Shown piece after piece: positions 1 to 11,015 of a stretch of DNA of 64,000 nt. The DNA lies in contig NC_067401.1 in assembly GCF_016432865.1 (NCBI RefSeq), positions 7,626,001 through 7,690,000 on the forward strand, given 5' to 3'. A program made the translations under genes and the position numbers. Source of the DNA: Antechinus flavipes (Eukaryota). The notes beneath the pieces are model-generated. The model was not told the DNA's origin. It saw only the letters and a program-made list of their open reading frames with translations, and made no database searches. The stretch's first letter is position 1. Each line of letters opens with the position of its first letter.

Positions 1-92
1 GTTGCAAGTCTTTTTAGACTGGCTCCGCTTGGATTTGTCACATGGGAGCTGGGGGGCTTTTAAGAAGTGGTCATGTGTCTTTTTCTTTCTAG

Positions 93-166
93 ACTGACCT
101 AATGTCTCATTTCCAGAAGTATCAAGTTTCTGAAGTTTCCATTTGCACTTCTTCTCATAACTACAG
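93..166 (+). CDS. RBM44: RBM44 internal coding exon (RRM, middle part)
   Basis: ttctttctag acceptor (AG 91-92) and AG|GTAAAT donor at 167. Translates [25 protein letters not shown], matching recalled human RBM44 [24 protein letters not shown]. Phase 2 joins the next exon. Confidence 0.93.
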
Positions 167-1019
167 GTAAATTGCATATACAGGGTAAAAAGTCTCTCAT
201 TGACCCAGAATCGGGTTTTTGGGTAACATTGAAATCAGTTGAGTTAGTCCTGTGTCCGTAGTCCAGCCTTGCAGCCCTGACCCCGCTTTAAGTCGGGTAG
301 GTGACCTCGGGCTGAGGAACTGTGTGCCCACAGGGGCGTCATTAGAGCATCTCAGGAAGCTCTTGATGGTATGATGGACTTGGATGCTTCGTGTGCCCTC
401 AGGATTGAAAGGGACATTGGGAGAGATGAGCCCCTTTGGTAGATCTGAGCTGGGGGACCTCCCTCAGCGGGCAGAGCTTTGTGGCAGAGGGGAGCGGCCA
501 GTGCCTCCCAGGTCCAGGGACAGTCAGAGATGGCGCTGAAGGGGCAGAACTATGTGGGAGGGATGAGAGGCAATGGAGCCCAGGCGCAGGAGGCGTTTGT
601 GGAGTGTGCCATTTGTGGCCCAAGCGGTTCAAAATCCTTGGATCACAAGCACTGAATTAAGACCATAGACTGAGAGCTACAAGGCCTGTTAGAGATGATC
701 TCATCTACCTCTTCCGAGGGTCATTTGGGGCAGGGGCTTCCCCAAGGTCGCCCTAGAAGCTCCAAACAGCCTGGACCAAGCCCCTTCAGGCCAAGTGCCT
801 GAAAATCAGGCAGAAAGTCAGAGCTGCCACGCAGGCCGGCCGGGGCCGTGTTCGCCGTCTCAGGCCAGGTTTGTCTGCACACTGAATGTGAAATGCCCAG
901 CAGTGCAGTAAATCTCCTTTTACAGCGGCGACATTGGGGCTTTGAGGCAGAGCCATCTCCCTTTTTTGTCCTGGCCCTCTGAGGCAGACACCTGAGGAGA
1001 AGCATAAAACGCCAAGAAA

Positions 1020-1900
1020 ATGATCCTTTTCCTTCTATTTGTCCTGTTGTTGTGATTTTCTGAGTTACCTTTTGTATTTTTTTCCATTTGGTTTATTCTA
1101 CTGTTTAAGGAGTTGTTTTGTTTGTTTGTTTTCCAGACAGTTTTTCCCTTCCTTTTCCAAGCTGTCGACTCTCTCATGCGTACCGCTCATTTCTTTTCTC
1201 ATTTTTTCTTCTCCCTCCCTCGTTTGCCTTTTGGAGTCTTCTATGAGCATTTCCCAGAAGCCTCTTTGGGCCTGAGCCCAATTTATTTCACTCTGAGATT
1301 TCCTCTGTGGACATTCTGTCCTCGTCCAAGTTTGTGTATTGGTCTGCCCTGTCACCATAGTAGCTTTCTTCATTCAAGGTTCTTTTTTTGGTTTTTGCTT
1401 ATTTTCTTAACTTTTCTTCTGGTATTTCCTCTTTTTTACTTTTAAGGTGGATCTCTGCTCCTGGGCTAAAGTGGGGGGGGGCGCCTCCCAAGCTTCCTGG
1501 GCAGCTCTGAAACTTGGCTTTGAGCACGGAGCTCCTTGGGTTCGGAAACCCAGGAAACATCCTGGCTTCCCAGAGTTGGCTTCCTGAGCTGGGACTGGGA
1601 GCTGCCCCCCTGCTGTGCTCCTCTGCTGAGCCAGGACCGAGGGTACCTCAGCTGCTGATCTGCTGTGATCACCACTTTCACCTGCTTTCCCAGAGTCTGT
1701 CTGAACTGGGCCAAAACCCCTTTTCATCCCAGTGAAACGGACCTTTCTTGGAGTTTTTTTAGTCTCTCTTGAGCTGGAAAACGGTTTCATTCCATCAGAC
1801 TCTGTTCAGAGGCTCGGTCTCATGTGGTTTTTGAGGGAAACTGGGAGCGCTCAAGCAACCTCCTGACTACTCCGCCATCTTGGTTCCACCCCCGGAACTC
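1020..1900 (-). mobile_element. Degenerate marsupial L1, 5'UTR plus start of ORF1
   Basis: Minus ORF 1098..1373 (MKKATMVTGQ...INWAQAQRGFWEMLIEDSKRQTREGEEKMRKEM) resembles the marsupial L1 ORF1p N-terminus. YY1-type CCGCCATCTT at 1872-1881 marks the L1 5' end. Boundaries approximate. Confidence 0.72.
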
Positions 1901-3196
1901 CTCAGCAGAAGGGGAAAGTTCTATCTGCTGAGTCTTCCTGGCTGGGTAGTGGGAGCACCCTCCAGGGCCCAGCCATGATCAGGGTGAGGTCACCCCCAGA
2001 CTGTGGGCGGGCTTTGCCATCCCCTGGAAGGCTGTCTCAATTTTGACGTCTAGGAAAGAGTCGTGTTGGGGTTTTGTTTGGAGGAATCCAGTGCTTTTTC
2101 ACACTCAGCTAACGGGAACGACAGAGTCCCCTGTTCTCTCCTTGCGCCCTGGCAGGGAAGGCACCTTTGGCTGGCAGAGCTGTCTCGATTCAGCTTTCAT
2201 CTTGAGCTCTCATCCTGGTGTCTGTTCCCTATCCTTCCTGGCTTTTTGTTGGTTTAAGTAGCCCAAGACCTTTGTTTTGGGTGTGCCCCGTGTCATTTTT
2301 TAATTGTTCTTTTTTACTTATTAGATTTGTACCCTTGCAAAGACAGTGGTCTGACTGTACAAGCAGCTGACTCAGGGATAATTCCCCTATCCAGAATGAG
2401 TCTTTTCCTACCTTATCAAAAGGCCGCCTCTCATTTTTTGTCACATTATTAGCCATTTCCCATCCATTTCTTGAAGAATGTGCTGATGTTATAAAGGGGT
2501 CAAGGGGTGAGGGCCGGGGAGGGCGTCGTGCCTTCCTCTCTTGTTTCTTGAATGAATGAGCTCTAAGAGAACAAGACAGAGCCTGAGACAGTTGTATGAT
2601 CTTGGACAGGTGTCCTGCCCTCCTAGAGAGCCTCAGTTTCCTTCTCTGTGAAATGAGTCTGCCTGACTCGATGGCCTCTGAGGTTCCCTTCAGCTCTGAA
2701 TCGAGATCCTGTGATTCTGTGTGAAAGGCCATTTTCTCTTTTTTGGCCAGTGAGAACAGGATGCCGCTTTTGGATTTCCCCGGACACGGTGGGATGGGGG
2801 AAGAGCACTTGCTTGAGAATCAAGACACGGCCACTCAGGGCTCCTCCATCTTGTCCGCACTTAATCCCTTGACTCTGTAGAGCCTTAATTGCCACCTCTT
2901 TTAAAAGTCACTGGGTGCGCTCACGTGGTCTCGAACGCCTCTGTATGCTCTCAATCTGATGGATTTGTGGCCAGAGCAACAGCCTCCTAAGTAGAAAGTG
3001 CATGGAAATATAATTTTCATTTTTAGCAATTCTTAGTCGATGCACAGATGTTTAAAAAATTGTTAGTTTTTAACAAGCATTTGTAATTTAGTTAGCTGAC
3101 AAGTTGATTTATGTTTAAAATGAAATATAATTCATCCATCACACACACCCCCTCTTACAGTCGGTCTTTAAGACGTCTTGTCCCCTTGTGTTTCAG

Positions 3197-3488
3197 GTAT
3201 GCATCTCTTGTTTTTAAAAAAGCTAACAAGGCAAAAATGGCTGTGGAAGAAATGAATGGGAAAGAAATCAATGGGAAGTCAGTCAATGTTCGTCTGGTCA
3301 AAACCCCCATAGAAAACGTCCCACCCCTGTCCTTCAGGAACGAAAGCAGGCTTGCTCTCGGTGGTTCGGAGAAGATGCTGGACAGCAAAGGCTCCGGCTC
3401 GGCCCCTTCGCCTTCTAAGATACCGGCTCACGTGCTGAGGCCTCCGGCACCCGAGCAAGAAAGTGTTTCCCTTTCAGCTGACCAGAAG
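3197..3488 (+). CDS. RBM44: RBM44 coding exon (RRM C-terminal half plus linker)
   Basis: ttgtgtttcag acceptor and AAG|GTGAGG donor at 3489. Translates [37 protein letters not shown]...SADQK, versus human [31 protein letters not shown]. Length 292 nt (1 base plus 97 codons) keeps frame. Confidence 0.95.
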
Positions 3489-3639
3489 GTGAGGATTTGG
3501 GGGCGGCTTTTCTCTGGGCCGGGGCAGAGGCTGAGAAGCAACAGGGTCCTCCCCGAGCTTTTGTGCTCGCCAGAAGCGGCTCCTCCACCCTCGGGCTGAA
3601 AGCCTCACTCCAGGGGAGCAGGACGCTTGCGGCCCCTCT

Positions 3640-5220
3640 CCCCTGGGTCCCGACAGCTCACCAGACATCGTGTCCGTCACATCCGGGCTCCTCTGGGATC
3701 TTTGTCACCGAAGCCCTGCTGCTGGTCCTGCCCCTAGCACTGACTGCAATTGCCCCATCCGTCTTTTGGGGCTTCCTGGAATCATCTCCTGTCCCTCATT
3801 AAGGTGCTCTCCTGCCCCCTTACACTTGTGTGCCATGAGTCGCCCCCTTGACAAAAGGAGACTGTGGTTTGGACCCCTGTTTGTGGAAGGGCTTGGCCCT
3901 CATGGGCTCTGTGTGTGCACAGACCCCTTCCCAGAAGGGCTGGAGCCAGAAGTCTGCCGGGCTTTGGCCTTCCAGCCTCTCTGGCACGATGGCGGTGGCC
4001 ATTTTTGTCCTCTTCCCCAGGTCTGCTGGAGCAGTCTTCATTGGCTTTCCACTTGTGCCTTAGTGACTTGGAGCATCTTTTCACACAATCATGGGCAGCT
4101 TGGGCTCTTGTCTATTGAGCAGAGCCTTGTTCTTGTCCACTGGGGGCCATTAGTTCAGACAGCTCAATAATCAGGCTTCTGTCCGAGAAGCTCGCTCCCC
4201 CGGCCGTGTGTCCGCTCAGAGCTCATCGTGGTGGGAGGTGGGAGAGGTGGGTCGAACTAGTGTCTGCCCGACTCCTTTCCAGTTTTGGACGCGGTTTTTG
4301 TCGAACAGGAAGTCACAGGCCAATTGACCAAGCAGCCACTGTTGGCTGACGCCTGGACCTCATCTTGCTTCTCTTAACCGAGTGCTTAGGATCTGGAATG
4401 GCCCACTGGGCCTCATCCTGCCCGTTGGGCCCCATCCTGCCTGTGCTGCCGCTTCATTCCCCTTAAGGTTTTCAACCTTTAGTTCCTCCCCATGACCATC
4501 TCCCTGCTTCCTCTGTAAGGAAACCTTTGAAGTTGGGGCAGTTCTAAACTTGGGTGTTGTGGGGGGAAGGGTGGGAGGACCGCCATTTTTATTCTCTTAG
4601 CGCCTCCCCTGTGGGACGTTGATGTCCACTCATCTCGATCTCTCTCGAGTTCCGTCAGTCGTGGTCTAGAGCTCTATTTCCAGAGCTCCTTCGTGGGTCC
4701 GGAAATTAGCTCTCAAATGTTTTTGACTTATTCTGGAGCGAATTTAAATATTTTTCTTTACCATTTGTTTTGGAATTTGTTGATAGGTTTAGACAAGCGA
4801 GTGATTTGTGTGACTTTGTTTTATATCCTGCTACTTTCCTGAAATTATTATTTCATTTAGTCGTTAAGTCTCTGAGGTTCTCTGAAGCAGCATCGTGGCA
4901 TCTGGAAAGATTCATGCTTGCGTTTTCCTAGCTTCTGTCCTCCTTCCTTCCCTCTTTGTCTTACCTAATCGCTGCAGCTAGCGTGTGCCTGCTACAATAT
5001 GAAATAATACTGGCCATCTTGGACCTCCTAGTTTTGGACCCAGATCTTCCTGGAAAAGCTTCTGCTTTGTCTCCATTCCATTTAGTATTAACTCTTGGTT
5101 ATGGATGAGGCAACGTTTGGCATTGGGACAAAAAGGCCCACGACTCCTGCGCCTTTTGGGGTTTTTAATAGAAGTGGGTATTGCATTAAGTTAAAAGCTC
5201 TTTTTACATTTATTAATAGA
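3640..5220 (-). mobile_element. Old L1 ORF2 3' half (RT to C-terminus), GC-shifted
   Basis: Reverse complement near 4826-4850 reads FRKVAGYK (L1 consensus FSKVAGYKIN). Near 4870-4910 there is a degenerate FADDM-type region. Nucleotide similarity to marsupial L1 continues to about 3700. Boundaries approximate. Confidence 0.65.
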
Positions 5221-5871
5221 ATCACATAGAGTCAGCTCGATGGTGCAGCCAATAGGGCCCTAGATCCAGAGTCAGCAAATCCAGCTTCAGACACAGTTAT
5301 GCGCCAGAACAACCCCCATACCTGAAATGATTCTAGAAAGAAGCATGGGAAGTCATTTGGGAGAGAGCGAGCTGGGCTGAAGCAGGGCCGGGAAGGGGGG
5401 GGCCTCTTCTCCCAGGATTTTGTGAGGCTTCATTCTGTAGAGTTCAGACACAGAGCTATGAGTGTCCACCGGACTCCCTGGGCAGCTCGGAGGACAGCTT
5501 GGCTTCCACAGTAAGTCCCTGGGTTCAGTCCAGCTTTAGGAAACTAGATTCCGACAATATCAGCAAATGATCAGTAATAATGAGCTACACTTTGTAGCTG
5601 TGTGATCATGATCAGGTCATTTGACCTCTCTGCCTCAGTTTCCTCATCTACAAACTGGGGATAATAATTACCTCTCAGGGTCATGGTGAGGGTCAAATGA
5701 GGCCATATTTCTAAAGAGCTTTGTAGACCTTAAAACATGGAGCAGTTATTATGCGATTTTCAATTTTTCATTAACATCATTTTAGACTTATTTCAAAATT
5801 AGTTTTTTCTTTGCATCCCATAATTTTTCTTTACAAAAATGTCCTTCTTTCTCTCCAAACATTCCCTCTAG

Positions 5872-6017
5872 AGTGGCAAAAAAGGTTTAAAACAGAATAA
5901 ACCCGTGAAGTTGTTGTCTGAAACGCCTCTTCCCTACATCCCTCCAAATATCTTGAACCTGGGGAGCTTCACCAAACTTCTGAGGAAGCTTGAAGCTCTG
6001 CACCCCGATGTCAGCAG
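5872..6017 (+). CDS. RBM44: RBM44 coding exon
   Basis: ccctctag acceptor (AG 5870-5871) and AG|GTAACC donor at 6018. Translates [49 protein letters not shown], versus human [36 protein letters not shown]. Phase 0 in, phase 2 out. Confidence 0.93.
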
Positions 6018-6121
6018 GTAACCCGAGCTCCCTTCCCTAGGTCGGGGATCGGAAGGCGGGGAAGTCGAAGGACCGGCCTGTTGGGGCCGTCTCCATTTTG
6101 TTTCTCCTTGTCCCCGTCCAG

Positions 6122-6266
6122 AGACACCATCATCGATGCTCTCCAAGAGGTGAGGACCAATAACAAGGGTTTTCTGAGCGGCCTCTCCCTGACCACCATC
6201 GTCGAGATGACGACCTCCGTCCTGAGAAACTCGGCCTTCAAGAAGGAGGAGAAGAAGTATCGAGAG
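6122..6266 (+). CDS. RBM44: RBM44 coding exon (last conserved exon; 3' end uncertain)
   Basis: Acceptor ccgtccag after a 104-nt intron. Translates [48 protein letters not shown], versus human [40 protein letters not shown]. Strong GAG|GTGAGC donor at 6267. If unspliced, the frame runs to TAA at 6420-6422. Confidence 0.9.
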
Positions 6267-6379
6267 GTGAGCGGCTCGGTGCCTCGGCCCCGAAGGTGCT
6301 GCGGCCGGGGAGGTGACGGCCACGATGGCAGGGGCCAGGGGGAGCTTCATGGGAAAAGCGGGGACCTGGCGCTTAGAAG

Positions 6380-6830
6380 CTGGTCCAACAGGCCTGTGAA
6401 ACATGCTCTGAATCTGTATTAATCAGAGAAATGCAAATGGAAGCACTGCCCGGGTTCCACCTCCTCTCTCTCCGAATGGCCAGTCTGACAAAAACGGAAA
6501 ATGCTCGGTGTGCAGAGGGTGTGGGGAAACTGGGCCAGAAACACCTCATTGGTGGAGTTGTGAAGCGATCTGGCCATTCTAGAGAGCAATGGAGCCGTGC
6601 CCGAAGGGCTGCCGAACGGGGCAGTGTCCCCACTGGTCTGGATCCCAAAGAGATAAAAAGAAAAAAAGGGAAAAAGGTTTAGAGCCACTCTTTGTGTGGC
6701 AGAGGAGTGGAAAGCCAGGCTGCCCCATCAGTTGGGGAATGGCTGAACAAGCTGCGCTGCCCAATTGGGATAGAACCGCGTCGTGCTCTGAGAAATGACG
6801 AGAATCACACAAATGGACGCAAAGCGGAGT
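6380..6830 (+). mobile_element. L1 ORF2 C-terminal (Cys-rich) fragment, GC-shifted
   Basis: Reads [44 protein letters not shown], then HWWSCEAIWPF in a shifted frame. Marsupial L1 ORF2 consensus is CSKSLLIREMQIKTTLRYHLTPIRLA...KCWRGCGKTG..HCWWSCELIQPFW. The sequence ccatcagttggggaatggctgaacaag matches the PSIGEWLNK coding region. Confidence 0.78.
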
Positions 6831-8435
6831 GAGTCGGGCCAGGAAGGCGCCGTTGGCCGGGGAGTGAGAAAGCCTTAGCCCCTCTCAGCTGTGCAGCCAT
6901 GGCAGAGGGAAGACCCCGTCCACCCCCAGAGAGAATCCAATAGAGGGAGGGCAAGTGCAGATGGAAACAGATCCCCCCCCCTTTTTTTTTAACATGGCTA
7001 ATAACAGAAACGTTTCCTTCTCAGTGACTGAGGGACAGGGGAGAGGAGAGACAACTCAGAACTCAGAACAAAGAAATAAGGATTAAGTTTTTGTTGGTTT
7101 TAATCATTAAAGGCCTTTTTTTTTTTTTTTTTTTTAAGGGAACTGGCCCCACAGTCTTGTTTTAGAGATGAGAAAACTGAGGGCCTGAAAAGGGAAGGGA
7201 TTTGTTCAGTCTCATGGCACTAATTGCCCGGAAGTCAAGTCCTTCACATGTGTGTCTTGTATGAGATTCTTACTTTTTTAAATTAGTTGATAACAAGGTT
7301 TATTGCAAGGGTCAATGTTGAAAAATTATCCAGGCGTATGCTTTGAAAAATAAAACATTTTAATAAAATAAGTTGATAAAATGCTTTTTTGTGTTCCAAG
7401 GAAATATTCAAAGTTGGAATTCATTAGACTTCTCTGTTTCTGCACATGAGGTGAGCTGTCTCAGCGGGATGTCTGATAACCTGTGCAAAGTAAGTTTTGG
7501 AGACTTCTGGGAAAACGGCAGAGAAACCACAGGCTAGCCTAGCCCCTTCTCCCACTCAGCCTGAGACAAAGGGACAGAGGGAAGCAGATGGAGAGACCGA
7601 GATGAGAGCAGCCAGTGCTGCCCGAAGGGCCCCTTGGCTGGTGGAGGTGCCCGGGCAGGGCGGCCCACGCGGAAGTGCGGCAGGCGCCGTGCCCTCGGGG
7701 GGTATCCGGGAAGGCCCGAGTCGGCTGTTCCCTTCTACATCTTTGTCAAGGCCCCCTTGTTAGAGGCAGCCTGAGGGCACCCGGACCACTGCTGGTTGTC
7801 CAATTAGGGAAGTGAAGTCCCTGCACCCTTCTCTCTGGGCATGTTCCCCTCAGGGAGTCCAGATGCAGCCTTAGGAACTCAAATCATTTGGAGGTGACAC
7901 AAAGCTGGGGAACCCTGTGTCACAGAGTCAGTTTTTGACTGTGAAGGGATCAAGCATTTATAGAGCACCTAGTGTGCGCTATACATCACTGTACAAATAA
8001 TAGCTCATGGCATCCTCACAACTCCGTGAGGAAGGTGCTTTGTTGATCCCCATTTTACAGGTGAGGAAACTGAGGCAGGCAGGTCCATAGCCAGTCAGTA
8101 TCTGAAATATTTGGATTTGACAGTCAAATGGGCAAGTGTAGTGGTTTGTGGTCTGGGGGTCTGAGTGACCCATAAGCTCAGTGGGGAAGGGGAGCCAGGA
8201 GCTTGGTTCTTAGGTGGTCACGGGGTTGAAGCCAGCATCTCATGGCTGGGGGGGCAGGGGGGGGGTGCTCTTGGTGCGGGGTGACTGACCTTCACTCTGG
8301 TTCATTGGCTGAGGGCCCCGGCTCGGGCAGAAGTAGCTGCATCACACGGGGCCTTTCAGTTGGCACCCAGGCTAGCCCAGTGACCAGATTCATAGCCCAG
8401 GGAATGAGCCAGCCTTGAGGGCTGCCAAGAGTGAC

Positions 8436-8595
8436 ATCCCAGTTGTTAAATGTGGACCCCCACCCCATCCCAGATGTTGGGTGTGGCCCCCATCCCAGAT
8501 GTTGGATGGGATCCCCTGCCTCATCCTAGATGTTAAACATGGACCCTCTGTCCCATCCCAGCTGTTGGGTGGGACCCCCATCCCAGACGTTTCCC
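8436..8595. repeat. Short degenerate minisatellite, about 6 copies of a catccyagNYgtt core (unit roughly 25-33 bp)
   Basis: Direct reading: catcccagttgtt, catcccagatgtt (twice), catcctagatgtt, catcccagctgtt, catcccagacgtt. Confidence 0.75.
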
Positions 8596-8696
8596 CTGAG
8601 GGCCCTTTCCCCTTCTCCAGACCAAGTAGCTCCTGGGCCAGACCCGGGCACGGGAATCGTTACTTCTGACTTGTTCTCTCCCTTCTTGTTCCTCAG

Positions 8697-9160
8697 ACCC
8701 CCCAGCCCTTTATCGCAGCCTCTTCTCCCAGGACCATTCTCGTAAGAAAGTTGAAGATAATTATGAAAGCCCATGCGAGAGATGGGGCTGCCGGAGACCG
8801 GCCCAGAGCCGCCAGCGAGTGCTCTGCTGCCTTCCTGTCCAGCTGGACTAGGAGCGGATGCTCACTTTGCGCCTGGCGCGATCCCAGCCAGAGAGCGCCT
8901 TCTTTAAAGCCCCGAGCCTTCCGGGGCTGCCGGGGCTCGAGGAGGCTGGTTCCAGCGACGGGGCGGCCAGTGTAGACACAGGTTGTCCCGGCATGTTTGC
9001 AGTCCCGGGGGCTCGAGGTGTGTTTGGGGGTTGGTTTGGTTGCTTTGGGTTTTTAGGCACGCTGCTGGGGCTCTGGGGCACTGTTGAAAAGTCACCAAAG
9101 AGCGTTGCATTTAGTTTTCAGGTATCATTTGCTACATTAAAAGTAGACCTTGGTCATTTG
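8697..9160 (+). other. Candidate RBM44 terminal exon
   Basis: Branch-like ctgac, long pyrimidine tract and cctcag acceptor (AG 8695-8696); second acceptor at AG 8730-8731. ATTAAA at 9136-9141 is followed by a GT-rich tract at 9151-9180. No transcript evidence. Confidence 0.35.
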
Positions 9161-10329
9161 TGTTTGGCGTGTCGTGGGTCACTTCTGAGGACTCTGTTGT
9201 CTCTTAGCCTTTGAGGGAACGTCTGAACCTCCTCCTGCCTGCCGGGGTAGAGATGGGCCGCTCCAGCCAGTCAGTGACCCCTGCCACCCCCTGGGAATTT
9301 CCGGGCAGGCCAGTCTGACCCCTCCACCACGGCCGTGGCCCCATGAGCAACGGTGAGGAGGAGGTCGGGGCTGTGGCTCTGAGAATGGCTGCTCTTGCCC
9401 AGGCAGACCCGGAGCGCCGTTTTCTCTCAGACCCAGAGCAGCCGGTTTGATCTTGGTGTGACTGATGAGAAGGAATCTTCAGCCTCACTGGCGGCGGCAG
9501 GAAGGCGCGCTGACGCACTTCCTCCTGGGGGGTTTGTTACTGTTCAGGCCCAACGAGGCCGAATGCTGTGTCCGATGGAGGTGGGGATAGCGAGAGCTCA
9601 GCAGTGGGAGAAAAGCCGGCTTCCTGGGACCAGGAGAGCACGAGAGGTTCTGGAGGACGCAGAGCAAATTTCTACCTACTTCTTCCTTGGAGAGGTTGGG
9701 TGAGAATAAGAAGAACCAGTCAGTGCTCTAGAGTCTAGTCCTGGGTCCTCATCATTGAGAATCAACTGACCAAGTTCTGAAACAACCCTGAGAGCGTGGC
9801 CTGAGGCCCCCAGAGGTCAATCAGCCAGGTCTCCACCACTGGGCCACACGGCCTTTCTTCTCTTGGGCATCACAGTTTTCCCTGAGACAAATTGAGCTTG
9901 TGGGATTCAAGCAATAATTTGTAGATAATAAAAGTCGGTTCTTCCCCCAATAACCAATGAACAGTAGATGACTCAAAAATTTTAAAGAAATTCAGTCCTA
10001 AGTCCTTGAGGAAAATCCCAATCAGTTGGGGAGATGGCCGAGCTCTTGAGGATGGTGCTTCACCTTCCTGATCTTCCATGCAGAAGCTCAGGTCTATTTT
10101 TCCCTGATCCCTAGGGAAGAGGCCCCAGAAGGTTGGACCTTGTTCACAGATACCCACGTAGGGCAGGGGATAAGGTGGGACTCCTACGCAGCCTTCTAGA
10201 AGCCGTTCCTGCTGCATTTCTCCCCAGATAGTTCTCTTGGAGCTTCTCAGAATGCCTGTTACTTGACCATTTGGGGGCAGCTAAAGGCTAATATCAGCAG
10301 GTGCTGCTGCCTCAACTTCTTTTGCTTAT

Positions 10330-11015
10330 TGCTAAGATTAGCATTTCCAGTTTAATTACTAAATAATTATTATTGAATAATGGGCATCCTTTGTTTCACA
10401 AACCTGGTCTTACTGGGAATGCTTCTAGCTTCTCTCCATTACATACAGTGATTGCTTGTAGGTAGATGCTGCTTGTCAGTTTAAGGAAAACTCCATTTAA
10501 TCCTTTGCTCCCTGGAAAAAGAAAACCTTTTTCTGCCTCCATTGAGATTATCTGATTTCTATTAGTTCAGTTATTGAGATGGTCCATTCTGCCAGTAGTT
10601 TTCCTGATGTTGAACCAGCCCTGCATTCCTAAAAATCCCATTTGGTCATCGTGTATTACCCCAGGGAGAGAGAGTAATCTCTGTTGTTATTTTATTTAAA
10701 ACTTTTGCGTCAGTATTCATTAAGGAAATTGGTCGGCAGTTTTCTTTCTCTGTTTTGGCTCTTCCTGGTTTAGGTACCAGCACCATATCTGTTAGAGAAG
10801 GAATTTGGCAGGAATTCTCCTACTTTTCCAAATACTTATAAGTGTTGGGATTGTTTTTTAAATGTTTAGTAGGATTCACTTGTAAGTCCAACACTCGGAA
10901 GTTTTTTTCCTTAGGGAGTTCATTGATGGCTTGTTCAATTTATTTGTCTAAAATGGGGTTATTTTGAGCATTTTATTATTTCCTCTTCTGTTAATCTGGG
11001 CAATCTTTACTTTTT
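10330..11015 (-). mobile_element. L1 ORF2 reverse-transcriptase region fragment
   Basis: Reverse complement near 10763-10790 reads DMVLVPKPG (consensus NMVLIPKPGR). Near 10380-10400 there is a frameshifted VKQGCPL motif. Confidence 0.78.

Noticed and set aside
7430-7496. Possible RBM44 micro-exon (GTGAGC and GTAAGT donors)
   Set aside because: No adequate pyrimidine tract and acceptor pair giving a sensible in-frame exon.
9790-10250. 115-aa minus ORF, possible ERV remnant
   Set aside because: No gag, pol or env motif recognised; left unassigned.
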